Assembly: GCA_051252135.1 (NCBI GenBank)
Contig: JBPOGH010000003.1
Location: 1 to 64,000, forward strand
Reading direction: 5' to 3'
Source of the DNA: Verrucomicrobiaceae bacterium
Lineage (GTDB): Bacteria; Verrucomicrobiota; Verrucomicrobiia; Verrucomicrobiales; Akkermansiaceae
DNA length: 64,000 nucleotides
Shown here: piece by piece, positions 19,461 through 28,317 of the stretch
How the letters are laid out: every line of letters begins with the position of its first letter
Numbering within the stretch: the first letter of the stretch is position 1
Notes under the pieces: generated by a model
The model's input: only the letters and a program-made list of their open reading frames with translations
Told to the model about the DNA's origin: nothing
Databases searched by the model: none
Program-made: the position numbers and the translations under genes

Positions 19461-20939
19461 CTAACCCACCGTCTTCTTCTCCAAAAACCAATCAATCAAT
19501 GCCTCCCGCGTGTTGATCGGCAGCAACTTGGACCCGCTCTCCGGCTCCGACATCATCTGCCTCAATTTCATCAACCGACGCCCGCCCGACTGACTGTCGT
19601 AGCTGTTGAATAGAATCCGATACCGTTTTTCATTCTCCAGCGTCGCCGCATCTCCGCCAAACAACGACCGATCGGAATAACGATCCTCTCCCGCTTCCGC
19701 GATCACTTCCCGAATCTGCGCCCCCGTCAGCGTCGCATGCACCAACCAGTTTTCATAAGGCAGCCACTTCCACGCATCCTCCACCGTCTTCACCCCCGGC
19801 TCCACATCGCTCGTCCCAAAGGTCCCGTGAAACACCAGGTCCGCCTCACCGCCATGCTTCTTCGCCGCCGCCAAAAATGACTCACACAAAAGCTTCCAAT
19901 ACGCACTCGTCTTCCCGCGCGCACTGATCTTCGACTTCACCTCGCCAATCACGACCTTCCGCCGCTCCTCCGCCGTCTTCACCGCCTCCTTCGAGCTCTC
20001 CAGCACCAGCGGATCCATCTCCACCCGATCATCCATCAGCACCGTCCACGCATTGCGCACCACCAGCTTCCGCGAGTCCACATCGAAGCTCAAATCCACC
20101 CGACCACAATTGATCCCGTAATAATTCGCCTGCGTGCACAACACGTTCGACCAATACCAACTCGGCCGATCCTGATGCGTGTGCCCGCCGATGTAGACAT
20201 CCACCCCCTTCACCTTCTTCAAAAGGTCCTGCACCGGATTGGCATAATCATCCGCCCGCTTCCACCCCATGTGGCCCAGCACCACCACCGCATCCACCTT
20301 CTGCGCCTGCAGCTCCTTCACACTCTGTTGCAGCGACTCCAGCGGATCCGTCACCCCAAATTCCTTCAGCAACTCGGGCCGCGACCAAAAAGGAATCCCC
20401 GGCGTCACCAAGCCCACCAACCCAATCCTAAATCCACCCACTTCCTTCACCACCCACGGAGCCAACTTCGAAAAGGCGTTCCCCTCAATCTTCCCCGCCT
20501 GCTGATTCGCAATCGACACGTTCCCCGTGATCACCGGCATCGTCGATCTCTCCACCGCACCCGCCACCACATCCAGACCCCAATCGAACTCGTGGTTCCC
20601 CAACACCCAGCCGTCGTAATTCAGCTTATTAAAAGCATCGATCATCACCGCCCCCTTCGTCTGATACCCCTCAATCGTCCCCTGATAAACATCCCCGATA
20701 TCAAACAACAAATGATCCGGGCTATCCTTTCGCCAACGCCGGATCTGCGTCGCACATCGCGCCAATCCACCCACATTCCCAATCCCATCGTAAGTCTCCG
20801 CCGGCAAAATATGACCGTGCAAATCCGTCGTATGAAAAAGCGACACCGTCTTGATCGACCGCCCCTCCGCCCCAAAGACCGGCTGCGCCATCCACGCCGC
20901 CGCCCCACCTAAAAACCCTCGTCGGCTGAACACATTCAT
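19461..20939 (-). CDS. Tat-exported 5'-nucleotidase / metallophosphoesterase
   Basis: SRRGFLG; TDLHG, DIGD, GNHEFDWG, GGHTH; LPYEN. Confidence 0.9.
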   Translation of the reverse strand: MNVFSRRGFLGGAAAWMAQPVFGAEGRSIKTVSLFHTTDLHGHILPAETYDGIGNVGGLARCATQIRRWRKDSPDHLLFDIGDVYQGTIEGYQTKGAVMIDAFNKLNYDGWVLGNHEFDWGLDVVAGAVERSTMPVITGNVSIANQQAGKIEGNAFSKLAPWVVKEVGGFRIGLVGLVTPGIPFWSRPELLKEFGVTDPLESLQQSVKELQAQKVDAVVVLGHMGWKRADDYANPVQDLLKKVKGVDVYIGGHTHQDRPSWYWSNVLCTQANYYGINCGRVDLSFDVDSRKLVVRNAWTVLMDDRVEMDPLVLESSKEAVKTAEERRKVVIGEVKSKISARGKTSAYWKLLCESFLAAAKKHGGEADLVFHGTFGTSDVEPGVKTVEDAWKWLPYENWLVHATLTGAQIREVIAEAGEDRYSDRSLFGGDAATLENEKRYRILFNSYDSQSGGRRLMKLRQMMSEPESGSKLLPINTREALIDWFLEKKTVG

Positions 20940-22255
20940 TTCGATAAATCTACGCGGACCAACTCCTTGTCATTTCGCATGAGAACGCTTTTCCCCGCAA
21001 ACGCCGGAGCACTCCACACCACCGGACGCCCAAAGGCCTCGTTCGTCGGCTCCAGCACATGCTGCCTCCCCAGCTCCTTGTAACCCTCCTTGCTCAGGTC
21101 CGCCAAAATCAAATCCCCGCTCTCGTTCACCAACCAAAACTTCCCGCTCTCCTCGTGCAGCGTCAGATACACCGTCGCATGCCGACCACTCGTCCGGTGC
21201 TCCTTCGCCATCGTCGGCTCCTCCGTTTGCCAAAAACGCTTCCCGTCATCCCAGTTCGCCGCGATCAGACAATTCGAATCAATGTCCGACCCGTAAATCA
21301 CCCCGTCCACCACGATCGGTGTGCTGTTGCAGCAATACAGCGCCGTCTTCGGTTTCCCCCGCCACACAAAGCTCGCCTCCGGCTTCTCCCGGTCCAACTC
21401 AATCAACGCCCCCACCCGCCCAATCGCACTCGCAAACATCCGGTTGTCCACCAGCCGCGGCGTGATCACCGACATCCCGTAATTCGGCTTTAGCGGCAGC
21501 GACCAATACGTCTCACCCGTCGTCGGATTCAACCCGTTGATCGACTCCGTATGCCAAATGATCAACTGATCCACCCCGCCCCCCTTCACCATCGAAGGCG
21601 GACAGTACCCCTGATTATCCGTGCTCAGCGCCTTCCACTTCACCTCCCCCGACTTCGCATCAAAGGCCACCGCCACACTCCCCTCGCCACCCACCAAACA
21701 ATAAACCGTCTCCCCCACCACCAACGGATGCGCCGAAAACCCCCAGATCGGCAACGGAGCCCCAAAGTCCTTCTGGAAATCCTTCTGCCAAATCACCTTC
21801 CCCGTCGCCTCCTCCAAACACGTAAAATGCCCCATCGCCCCTAAAAAATACACCCGCCCATCCGACACCGTAGGCGTCGATCTCGGCCCCCCCGGATACG
21901 AAAGCAGATAATCCACCGTCTGCTCAAAAACCCACTTCTCCTTCCCCGTCTCCAGCTCCAGACAACGCAGCCGCTCCTTCCCCTTCCACTCCACCGCCTT
22001 CCCCGGATTGTTCATCAACTCCCCCTCACTCCGCACATACTCCGGCAAAAACACACTCCCCCCCGAAACCGAAGGCCCGCTGTATCCCCACCCCGCCGGC
22101 ACCCGCCAAAGAACCTTCGCACCCTCCTCCGGCAAGTCCGTCCGAATCCCCTCTTCCCGCCAAATCCCATCCGCCTTCTCCCCCATCCACCGCGGCCAAT
22201 CATCCGCCAATACAGCCGACACCAACCCCACACTTAAGAAAGCAACTTTTATCAT
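20936..22255 (-). CDS. PQQ-binding-like beta-propeller protein
   Basis: DWPRWMG; GYSGP; GPRSTP; repeated TGxxxW; WSAPAFA. Confidence 0.88.
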   Translation of the reverse strand: MIKVAFLSVGLVSAVLADDWPRWMGEKADGIWREEGIRTDLPEEGAKVLWRVPAGWGYSGPSVSGGSVFLPEYVRSEGELMNNPGKAVEWKGKERLRCLELETGKEKWVFEQTVDYLLSYPGGPRSTPTVSDGRVYFLGAMGHFTCLEEATGKVIWQKDFQKDFGAPLPIWGFSAHPLVVGETVYCLVGGEGSVAVAFDAKSGEVKWKALSTDNQGYCPPSMVKGGGVDQLIIWHTESINGLNPTTGETYWSLPLKPNYGMSVITPRLVDNRMFASAIGRVGALIELDREKPEASFVWRGKPKTALYCCNSTPIVVDGVIYGSDIDSNCLIAANWDDGKRFWQTEEPTMAKEHRTSGRHATVYLTLHEESGKFWLVNESGDLILADLSKEGYKELGRQHVLEPTNEAFGRPVVWSAPAFAGKSVLMRNDKELVRVDLSK

Positions 22256-22412
22256 GCCACCACCCTGCTCCCCCCACCCAAATTGTCAAACCGTAGCCAC
22301 GATTTTGAACCTCACCCTCAACTGCAACCAGATGATCAAATCAACAACTCCCTCGTTGCCGCCCTCACCCGAATCCACTAACTCTATCCCATAAGTTAAG
22401 CCCCATCACCTC

Positions 22413-23351
22413 ATGAATTTTCTATCCCGCCTCACCCTCCTCGGCCTCCTCTCCATCGGCGCCTCCCTCGCCGAAGACCCCCCCTCAAAAAAAGGCCTCT
22501 ACCCCGACTCCGTCCCCGAACCAACCCACAAGGAAGTCCCCTACGGAAAATACAATCGCAACACCCTCGATTTCTGGAAAGCACCCTCGGACACACCCAC
22601 CCCCGTCGTCATCTCCATCCATGGCGGCGGCTGGAATGGCGGCAGCAAAACCCACATCGATAAATACATCAACACCGCCGACCTCCTCGAAGCCGGCATC
22701 TCCGTCGCCGCCATCCACTACCGCCTCATCAAGCACTCCAAAGACCTCGCCCCTCCCGTGCAAGGCCCCCTCTCCGATGCCGCCCGCGCCCTTCAGTTCA
22801 TCCGCAGCATGGCACACGAATGGAAGATCGACCCCACCCGCATCGCCGCCACCGGCGGTTCCGCAGGTGGCTGCACCAGTCTTTGGCTCGCCTACCATGA
22901 CGATCTCGCCGACCCCGAAAGCAAGGATCCCGTCTCCCGCCAATCCACCCGCCTCTTCTGCGTCGCCGCCCTCCGCGCACAAACCACCCTCGACCCCAAA
23001 CAAATGAAGGAATGGATCCCAAACAGCAAATACGGAGCACACGCCTTCGCCAAAAGCAGCTTCGACCAATTCCTCGCCGAGCGAGAAACCATCCTCCCCT
23101 GGATCAACGAATACTCCCCCTACGCCCTCCTCGATCCCGCCGATCCCCCCACCTACCTCTTCTTCCCCGTCGCTCCCGCAAAAGGCAGACCTGAAAAAGA
23201 CCCCACCCACTCCGCCATCTTCGGAGTCGAACTTCAAAAACACTGCAAATCTCTCGGGGTCCCCTGCGAGCTCGCCTACCCCGGCGCGCCCAAGGTGAAA
23301 CATGAAAGCCCCACCGACTACCTCATCGCCACTCTCAAGGCCCGCCCGTAA
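22413..23351 (+). CDS. Secreted alpha/beta hydrolase (esterase)
   Basis: Signal peptide; HGGGW; GGSAGG nucleophile elbow. Confidence 0.88.
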   Translation: MNFLSRLTLLGLLSIGASLAEDPPSKKGLYPDSVPEPTHKEVPYGKYNRNTLDFWKAPSDTPTPVVISIHGGGWNGGSKTHIDKYINTADLLEAGISVAAIHYRLIKHSKDLAPPVQGPLSDAARALQFIRSMAHEWKIDPTRIAATGGSAGGCTSLWLAYHDDLADPESKDPVSRQSTRLFCVAALRAQTTLDPKQMKEWIPNSKYGAHAFAKSSFDQFLAERETILPWINEYSPYALLDPADPPTYLFFPVAPAKGRPEKDPTHSAIFGVELQKHCKSLGVPCELAYPGAPKVKHESPTDYLIATLKARP

Positions 23352-23465
23352 CACCCCCGCCCCCCATCGCCGGGATCGTTCGCATCAAAATGATACCGGC
23401 TGACTGACCAACCCCCATCCCAATTGGGACCACCTGATTCTCTCCAGCGGAAATACTTCTTGCTC

Positions 23466-23490
23466 AGTGTGTATATTCAGCATACACACT
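23466..23490. promoter_or_regulatory. Probable YtrA/GntR autoregulatory operator
   Basis: Perfect inverted repeat AGTGTGTAT-N7-ATACACACT ending 5 nt before the GntR start. Confidence 0.75.
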
Positions 23491-23495
23491 AGGCT

Positions 23496-23915
23496 ATGCC
23501 CGACGACCAACAGTCCATCGCTCTCCTGATCGGCCCCATTTCGGCCTCAGCAGATGGACCCCTCTACCAGCAAATCGTCAATGGCGTCGGCCGCGCCGTC
23601 AGCGAGGGACAACTCGAGCCCGGCTCCCCCCTTCCCTCTTTCCGCGTCCTCGCCGCCGACCTCCTCGTCTCTCTCATCACCGTCAAACGGGCCTACGAGG
23701 AACTCGAGCGCGATGGCATCATCTTCCGGCGCCAGGGACTCGGCACCTTCGTCGCCGACCGCGGAGACTCCGCCAGCCGCGCCGCCAAATCAAAAGCCGC
23801 CATCCAACACTTCGAAAACGGAGCGCGCGAAGCCGCCGAAGCCGGACTCAGCCTCCGCGAAATCCAACGCCTCGCCAAAGAAGCCATCGAAAAAATCAAC
23901 CAGCAACGAAAATGA
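23496..23915 (+). CDS. GntR family regulator, YtrA subfamily
   Basis: PLYQQI..LPSFRVLA..TVKRAYEELE..G.GTFV; short C-terminal domain; leads an ABC operon. Confidence 0.92.
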   Translation: MPDDQQSIALLIGPISASADGPLYQQIVNGVGRAVSEGQLEPGSPLPSFRVLAADLLVSLITVKRAYEELERDGIIFRRQGLGTFVADRGDSASRAAKSKAAIQHFENGAREAAEAGLSLREIQRLAKEAIEKINQQRK

Positions 23916-24802
23916 ACATCGAAACCCAAACTCAAAACGCCATCGAAATCCGCGGCCTGCGCAAGCACTACTCCGGGTTCGATCTCGGCCCCCTCGATCT
24001 CGACATCCCCCGCGGATCCATCTTCGGATTCGTCGGCCCCAATGGCGCCGGAAAGTCCACCACCATCGACCTCATGTTCGGCATGGGCCGACCCGATGCC
24101 GGCACCATCACCATGCTCGGCCACGATCACCAAAAGGACGAGGTCGCCATCAAACAACGCACCGCCTACGTCAGCCCCGAACTCGAATTCGCCAACTGGG
24201 GAAAAATCCACAAAGCCATCCGCTTCGTCCGCGGCTTCTACCCCACCACCTGGGATGACGCCTACTGCGCCAAACTCCTCGACACCTTCCAGCTCGACCC
24301 CTCCGACCGCATCGGCACCCTCTCCTTCGGCTCCCGCACCAAGCTCTCCCTCATTCTCGCCCTCTCCCGACACCCCGAGCTCCTCGTCCTCGATGAACCC
24401 ACCACCGGCCTCGACGCCCTCGCCAAACAGGAACTCTTCAGCGCCCTCCTCGAGCTCGTCGAGGACACCGAAAAAACCATCCTCATCAGCTCGCACAATC
24501 TCTCCGATCTCGAGCGCTTTGCCGATCACATCGCCATCATCAACGACGGCACCCTCCTCCACTCAGGCCCCATGGACAAGGTCATCGATCCCTTCTCCAT
24601 CGTCGACTTCACCCTCCCCTCCGCCGCCCCACTCCCCTCCGGAAAAGGCCTCACCCTCATCTCCCGTCAAGCCGATCACGCCAGAGTCCTCGTCGATCGC
24701 GCAGCCGATGGCCTAGCCCGGCTTGAAGCCGCCGGAGCCACCAACCTCCACCAGAGCACCGTCACCCTCGAAGAACTCTTCATCTCACTCCTGAAAAAAT
24801 GA
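23912..24802 (+). CDS. ABC transporter ATP-binding protein
   Basis: GPNGAGKST; LSFG; LVLDEPTTGLD; SSH. Confidence 0.94.
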   Translation: MNIETQTQNAIEIRGLRKHYSGFDLGPLDLDIPRGSIFGFVGPNGAGKSTTIDLMFGMGRPDAGTITMLGHDHQKDEVAIKQRTAYVSPELEFANWGKIHKAIRFVRGFYPTTWDDAYCAKLLDTFQLDPSDRIGTLSFGSRTKLSLILALSRHPELLVLDEPTTGLDALAKQELFSALLELVEDTEKTILISSHNLSDLERFADHIAIINDGTLLHSGPMDKVIDPFSIVDFTLPSAAPLPSGKGLTLISRQADHARVLVDRAADGLARLEAAGATNLHQSTVTLEELFISLLKK

Positions 24803-26157
24803 ACCCCGGACAAACCCTCGTCATCCGTGACTACCTCCTCCGCTACAAGTGGTGCTACCTCGCTGGCGTCATCCTCCACTTCGTAATCGCCATCGCCCTC
24901 ACCCACGGCGCCGAAGTCCCCCTCATCGGCATGATCGCCAGCAGCGGCTTCCTCCTCGGCATGGACCTCATGCGCGGCGGAAATTCCAGCGCCCGCACCC
25001 TCCTCGCCCTTCCGCTCACCGCCCCCCAACTCGCCCGCGCCTGGCGCTACGTCGCCTTCACCATGCCCGTCGTCCTCTACTTCATCGTCCTTACCCTGGG
25101 CGTCCTCACCGGTCTCGCCACCGGCGGGAGGGATCTTTCCCTCGCCGAGTTCGGCATGTTCGCCTTCCTCCAGACCGGCATGCTCGGCCTCTTCTTCTTC
25201 GCCCTCACCGGCCTCCAAACCCAACCCTCCCCCGGCGCACCCCTTCTCGAAAAGGCCACCAATCTCTTCTTCGGCCTCCTCTGGGGCTTCTCCATCCCCG
25301 CCGTTACCTTCACCCAAAACCTGAGCGGAACCAGCATCCTCGATACATCCCCCGCCCACCTCGCCGTCTGGACCTTCCTCGCCATCGTCACCATCGCCGG
25401 ATACTTCCGCGCCGAAACCCTCGTCCATAACAGAGCATCCTCCAAAAAACTCGCCCCCTCGGCCCGTCGCCCCTCCCCCTCCGGAAACAACATGCCCTGG
25501 CAAGGCTTCGGCGCCCTCCCCTACTACGCCCTCATCTTCGGCTCGCTCACCGGACTCTTCTTCGTCGTCATGCTCACCTTCACCTGGTTCATCATGAATG
25601 AATTCCTCGGCCTCAATGGCACCGAACAAGACGGCAACACCGGTGGAATCCAACTCAACATGTTCTTCACCATGATCGGCATGGTCTCCATCTTCCAGAT
25701 CTTCCCCATGCTCCGCTCCCTCCGCACCCTGCCCCGGCGCCTCACCTCACTCACCACCTTCATCATGCTCTGGCCCCTCTTCCTCATCCTCGCCCTCGGC
25801 CTTGTCACCTTCTCCGCCCACGCCGCCCTCACCAACTCACCCTTCAACCTCCCCTCCTTCCTCTCCAGCGCCGCCGGAGCCTGCACCATCCTCATCGCCA
25901 TCCCCTTCTTCCTCCGCTTCGGACTCAACTTCCTCACCGTCTTCGGCATGATCCTCATCGCCTCCTTCTCCGGTAATGCCGGCCTCCTCCTCAGCAGCGT
26001 CTGGAAGATCGATCTCACCTCCCATCTCACCCTCCTCACCTCCGCCCTCACCCTCATCCTCGCCATCGTCTGGATCACCACCTACCGCACCCTCGGATCG
26101 GAACACCCCTGGCGCGCCAACCGCTTCGCCATGGGCCTCATGAAACGCCCTTCCTGA
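24799..26157 (+). CDS. Polytopic membrane protein, probable ABC permease
   Basis: About 12 hydrophobic segments; ATGA overlap with the ATPase. Confidence 0.8.
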   Translation: MNPGQTLVIRDYLLRYKWCYLAGVILHFVIAIALTHGAEVPLIGMIASSGFLLGMDLMRGGNSSARTLLALPLTAPQLARAWRYVAFTMPVVLYFIVLTLGVLTGLATGGRDLSLAEFGMFAFLQTGMLGLFFFALTGLQTQPSPGAPLLEKATNLFFGLLWGFSIPAVTFTQNLSGTSILDTSPAHLAVWTFLAIVTIAGYFRAETLVHNRASSKKLAPSARRPSPSGNNMPWQGFGALPYYALIFGSLTGLFFVVMLTFTWFIMNEFLGLNGTEQDGNTGGIQLNMFFTMIGMVSIFQIFPMLRSLRTLPRRLTSLTTFIMLWPLFLILALGLVTFSAHAALTNSPFNLPSFLSSAAGACTILIAIPFFLRFGLNFLTVFGMILIASFSGNAGLLLSSVWKIDLTSHLTLLTSALTLILAIVWITTYRTLGSEHPWRANRFAMGLMKRPS

Positions 26158-26221
26158 ATCCCCAAAGTTCGGAGTTCAACTCCGCCCGCTTTTGTCCTAA
26201 AAGAAGCCCAACACAAATCCC

Positions 26222-27388
26222 ATGTTGCTCAAATCACTCCTCTTCCTCACCACCACCGCCATGGCCCTCGCCGCTCCCCTCACCTTCGAAGGCTCCGACG
26301 GCCCCGGTAATGGCAAGCACATCGTCTTCATCGCCAACGACCACGAATACCGCTCCGAGGAAACCTGCCCCCTCATCGCCAAAATCCTTGCCAAGCACCA
26401 CGGCTTCAAATGCACCGTCCTCTTCGGCCTCGATGAAAACGGACACATCAAGGGCGGCGGCACCCCCATCCCCCATATCGACATCCTCAAGGACGCCGAC
26501 CTCCTCTTCTTCTACACCCGCTTCATGAAACTCCCCGATGAACAGGTCGATGCCCTCGTCGATTACTACGAGCGCGGCGGACCCACCATCGGACTCCGCA
26601 CCTCCACCCATTGCTTCAATGGCCAAAAAGGCAAGTGGGCCAAGCTCAACTTCAACTACGAGGGCGACGACTACCTCGGCGGACTCGGTGAACAAATCTA
26701 CGGCAACACCTGGCACCACGACCGCGGCCAGGGCCACTACGGACAGAACCATAAAAAAGGCGCCCGCCTCTCCCCCATCCCCGGCACCAGCCACCCCATC
26801 CTCACCGGCGTCTCCCCCATGCACGCCTACTCCGGAGCTTACATCTCCCAGCCACCCGCCGGCTCAACTCCTCTCCTCAATGTCCAGGTCCTCAAGACCT
26901 TCGGCCCCGGCGATGAACTCGAAGAAGGAAAAGAAACCGTCAACGCCGGCTGGACCCGCGACCACTACGTCGCCCCCTCCGGCGCCAAAAAGGACGCCCG
27001 CGTCGTCTACACCTCCTTCGGAGCCTCCGAGGACCTCGCCGACGAAAACGCCCGCCGCTTCCTCGTCAACTCCACCTTCTGGGCCCTCGGCCTCGAGGAC
27101 AGCATCAAGCCCGACCTCAACGTCTCCTTCGTCGGCGGCTACAACCCCTCCCCCTACACCACCGGTGCCTTCTTCCGCTTGAACGTCAAACCGTCCGACC
27201 TCACCGGCTGGGACAGCTCCGTCATGCCCGTCGGCTCAAAACTCAGCGGCCTCGACACCAATAACAAAAAGATGAAAAGCCGCATCTACAGCGTCCTCAG
27301 CCCACGCCCCGCCATCGTCGAACAAATCAAAAAATCAGACCCCGACTTCAACCTCGAGGACTACAAACCAACCCCCGCTAAGAAGTAA
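26222..27388 (+). CDS. Secreted ThuA-like (class I glutamine amidotransferase fold) protein
   Basis: Signal peptide; KHIVFIANDHEYRSEE; GLRTSTH; HPILTG. Confidence 0.7.
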   Translation: MLLKSLLFLTTTAMALAAPLTFEGSDGPGNGKHIVFIANDHEYRSEETCPLIAKILAKHHGFKCTVLFGLDENGHIKGGGTPIPHIDILKDADLLFFYTRFMKLPDEQVDALVDYYERGGPTIGLRTSTHCFNGQKGKWAKLNFNYEGDDYLGGLGEQIYGNTWHHDRGQGHYGQNHKKGARLSPIPGTSHPILTGVSPMHAYSGAYISQPPAGSTPLLNVQVLKTFGPGDELEEGKETVNAGWTRDHYVAPSGAKKDARVVYTSFGASEDLADENARRFLVNSTFWALGLEDSIKPDLNVSFVGGYNPSPYTTGAFFRLNVKPSDLTGWDSSVMPVGSKLSGLDTNNKKMKSRIYSVLSPRPAIVEQIKKSDPDFNLEDYKPTPAKK

Positions 27389-27426
27389 ACCCTCCTTGAA
27401 ATTCAGGCTCCACAGGCCACCCCACC

Positions 27427-27454
27427 AAAACCCAGGGCACCCCCTGGGTTTTTT
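27427..27454 (+). terminator. Intrinsic terminator
   Basis: AAAACCCAGGG..CCCTGGGTTTTTT. Confidence 0.75.
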
Positions 27455-27495
27455 CGTCAAAAATAACCCTCGCTGTAAAGTTCCTCCCACTCCCC

Positions 27496-28233
27496 TTGTT
27501 GAAAGCATCAGGGGTAGGCCTTGCCATCACCACCTGCGCCATCGCCATGACGTCCACAGCAGAGGCCGCCACCATGCTCTATTACGATAGTGTTGCTGCT
27601 GGCTCAGCTGACGCCCTTGACCGTATCGATTCTCAAACCGATAACACGTTGATCTCCACTTCAGCGGCAAGCAGTTCCCTTGGAAACAGAGGAACCTACG
27701 CCGGCACAAACACCCAAACAGCAGTTCAGGGCCTCGGTGATGGCACAGACAAAATGTTCCGCTTCGGGCCAAACACCGATGGTGAAGGAACATTGAATGG
27801 CGCCCTTAATGTAGGGCACATGAGTCTTGGTCCATATCTCGAGGTCAGCTTCACCGCAGCTCAGACCATCGCCCTCGAAAGCCTGTCCTTCAATCTCTTC
27901 GTGAACTCACAAGATGCCGCAAATTACGCCGCACGTGATGTCGGTCTTTTTGTGAAAGTCGGAACTGACGCATTCTCTCAATTTGGCGATCTTGATCTTA
28001 CTTTAGGAAGAGGGGACCAAGGGGAATCCTTATTCTCCGATAACCGCACCGTAAACGCAGGAGAAGAGGTGATTCTTCGTCTCACCTTTACGGATAAGAC
28101 CAAAACCGGCACTAATCTCCAATCAGCCACGCGCATCGGAGCGATCAATATTTCAGGTGTTGCCGTTCCCGAGCCTTCCTCGGTCATGCTCGGTGGTTTG
28201 AGCCTCCTCGCCTTGCTTCGCCGTCGCCGGTAA
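27496..28233 (+). CDS. PEP-CTERM sorting domain protein
   Basis: Signal ending AEA; C-terminus VPEPSSVMLGGLSLLALLRRRR; TTG start uncertain. Confidence 0.9.
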   Translation: MLKASGVGLAITTCAIAMTSTAEAATMLYYDSVAAGSADALDRIDSQTDNTLISTSAASSSLGNRGTYAGTNTQTAVQGLGDGTDKMFRFGPNTDGEGTLNGALNVGHMSLGPYLEVSFTAAQTIALESLSFNLFVNSQDAANYAARDVGLFVKVGTDAFSQFGDLDLTLGRGDQGESLFSDNRTVNAGEEVILRLTFTDKTKTGTNLQSATRIGAINISGVAVPEPSSVMLGGLSLLALLRRRR

Positions 28234-28259
28234 GCGTCGTATCGAAGTTGAAACTCACC

Positions 28260-28298
28260 ACCGGCTGGCTTGCGACTCGCAGCCAGCCGGTTTTTTTT
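28260..28298 (+). terminator. Intergenic hairpin + T8 (terminator/attenuator)
   Basis: ACCGGCTGGCT..AGCCAGCCGGTTTTTTTT. Confidence 0.85.
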
Positions 28299-28317
28299 CC
28301 CTCCCATCCCAATCTTC

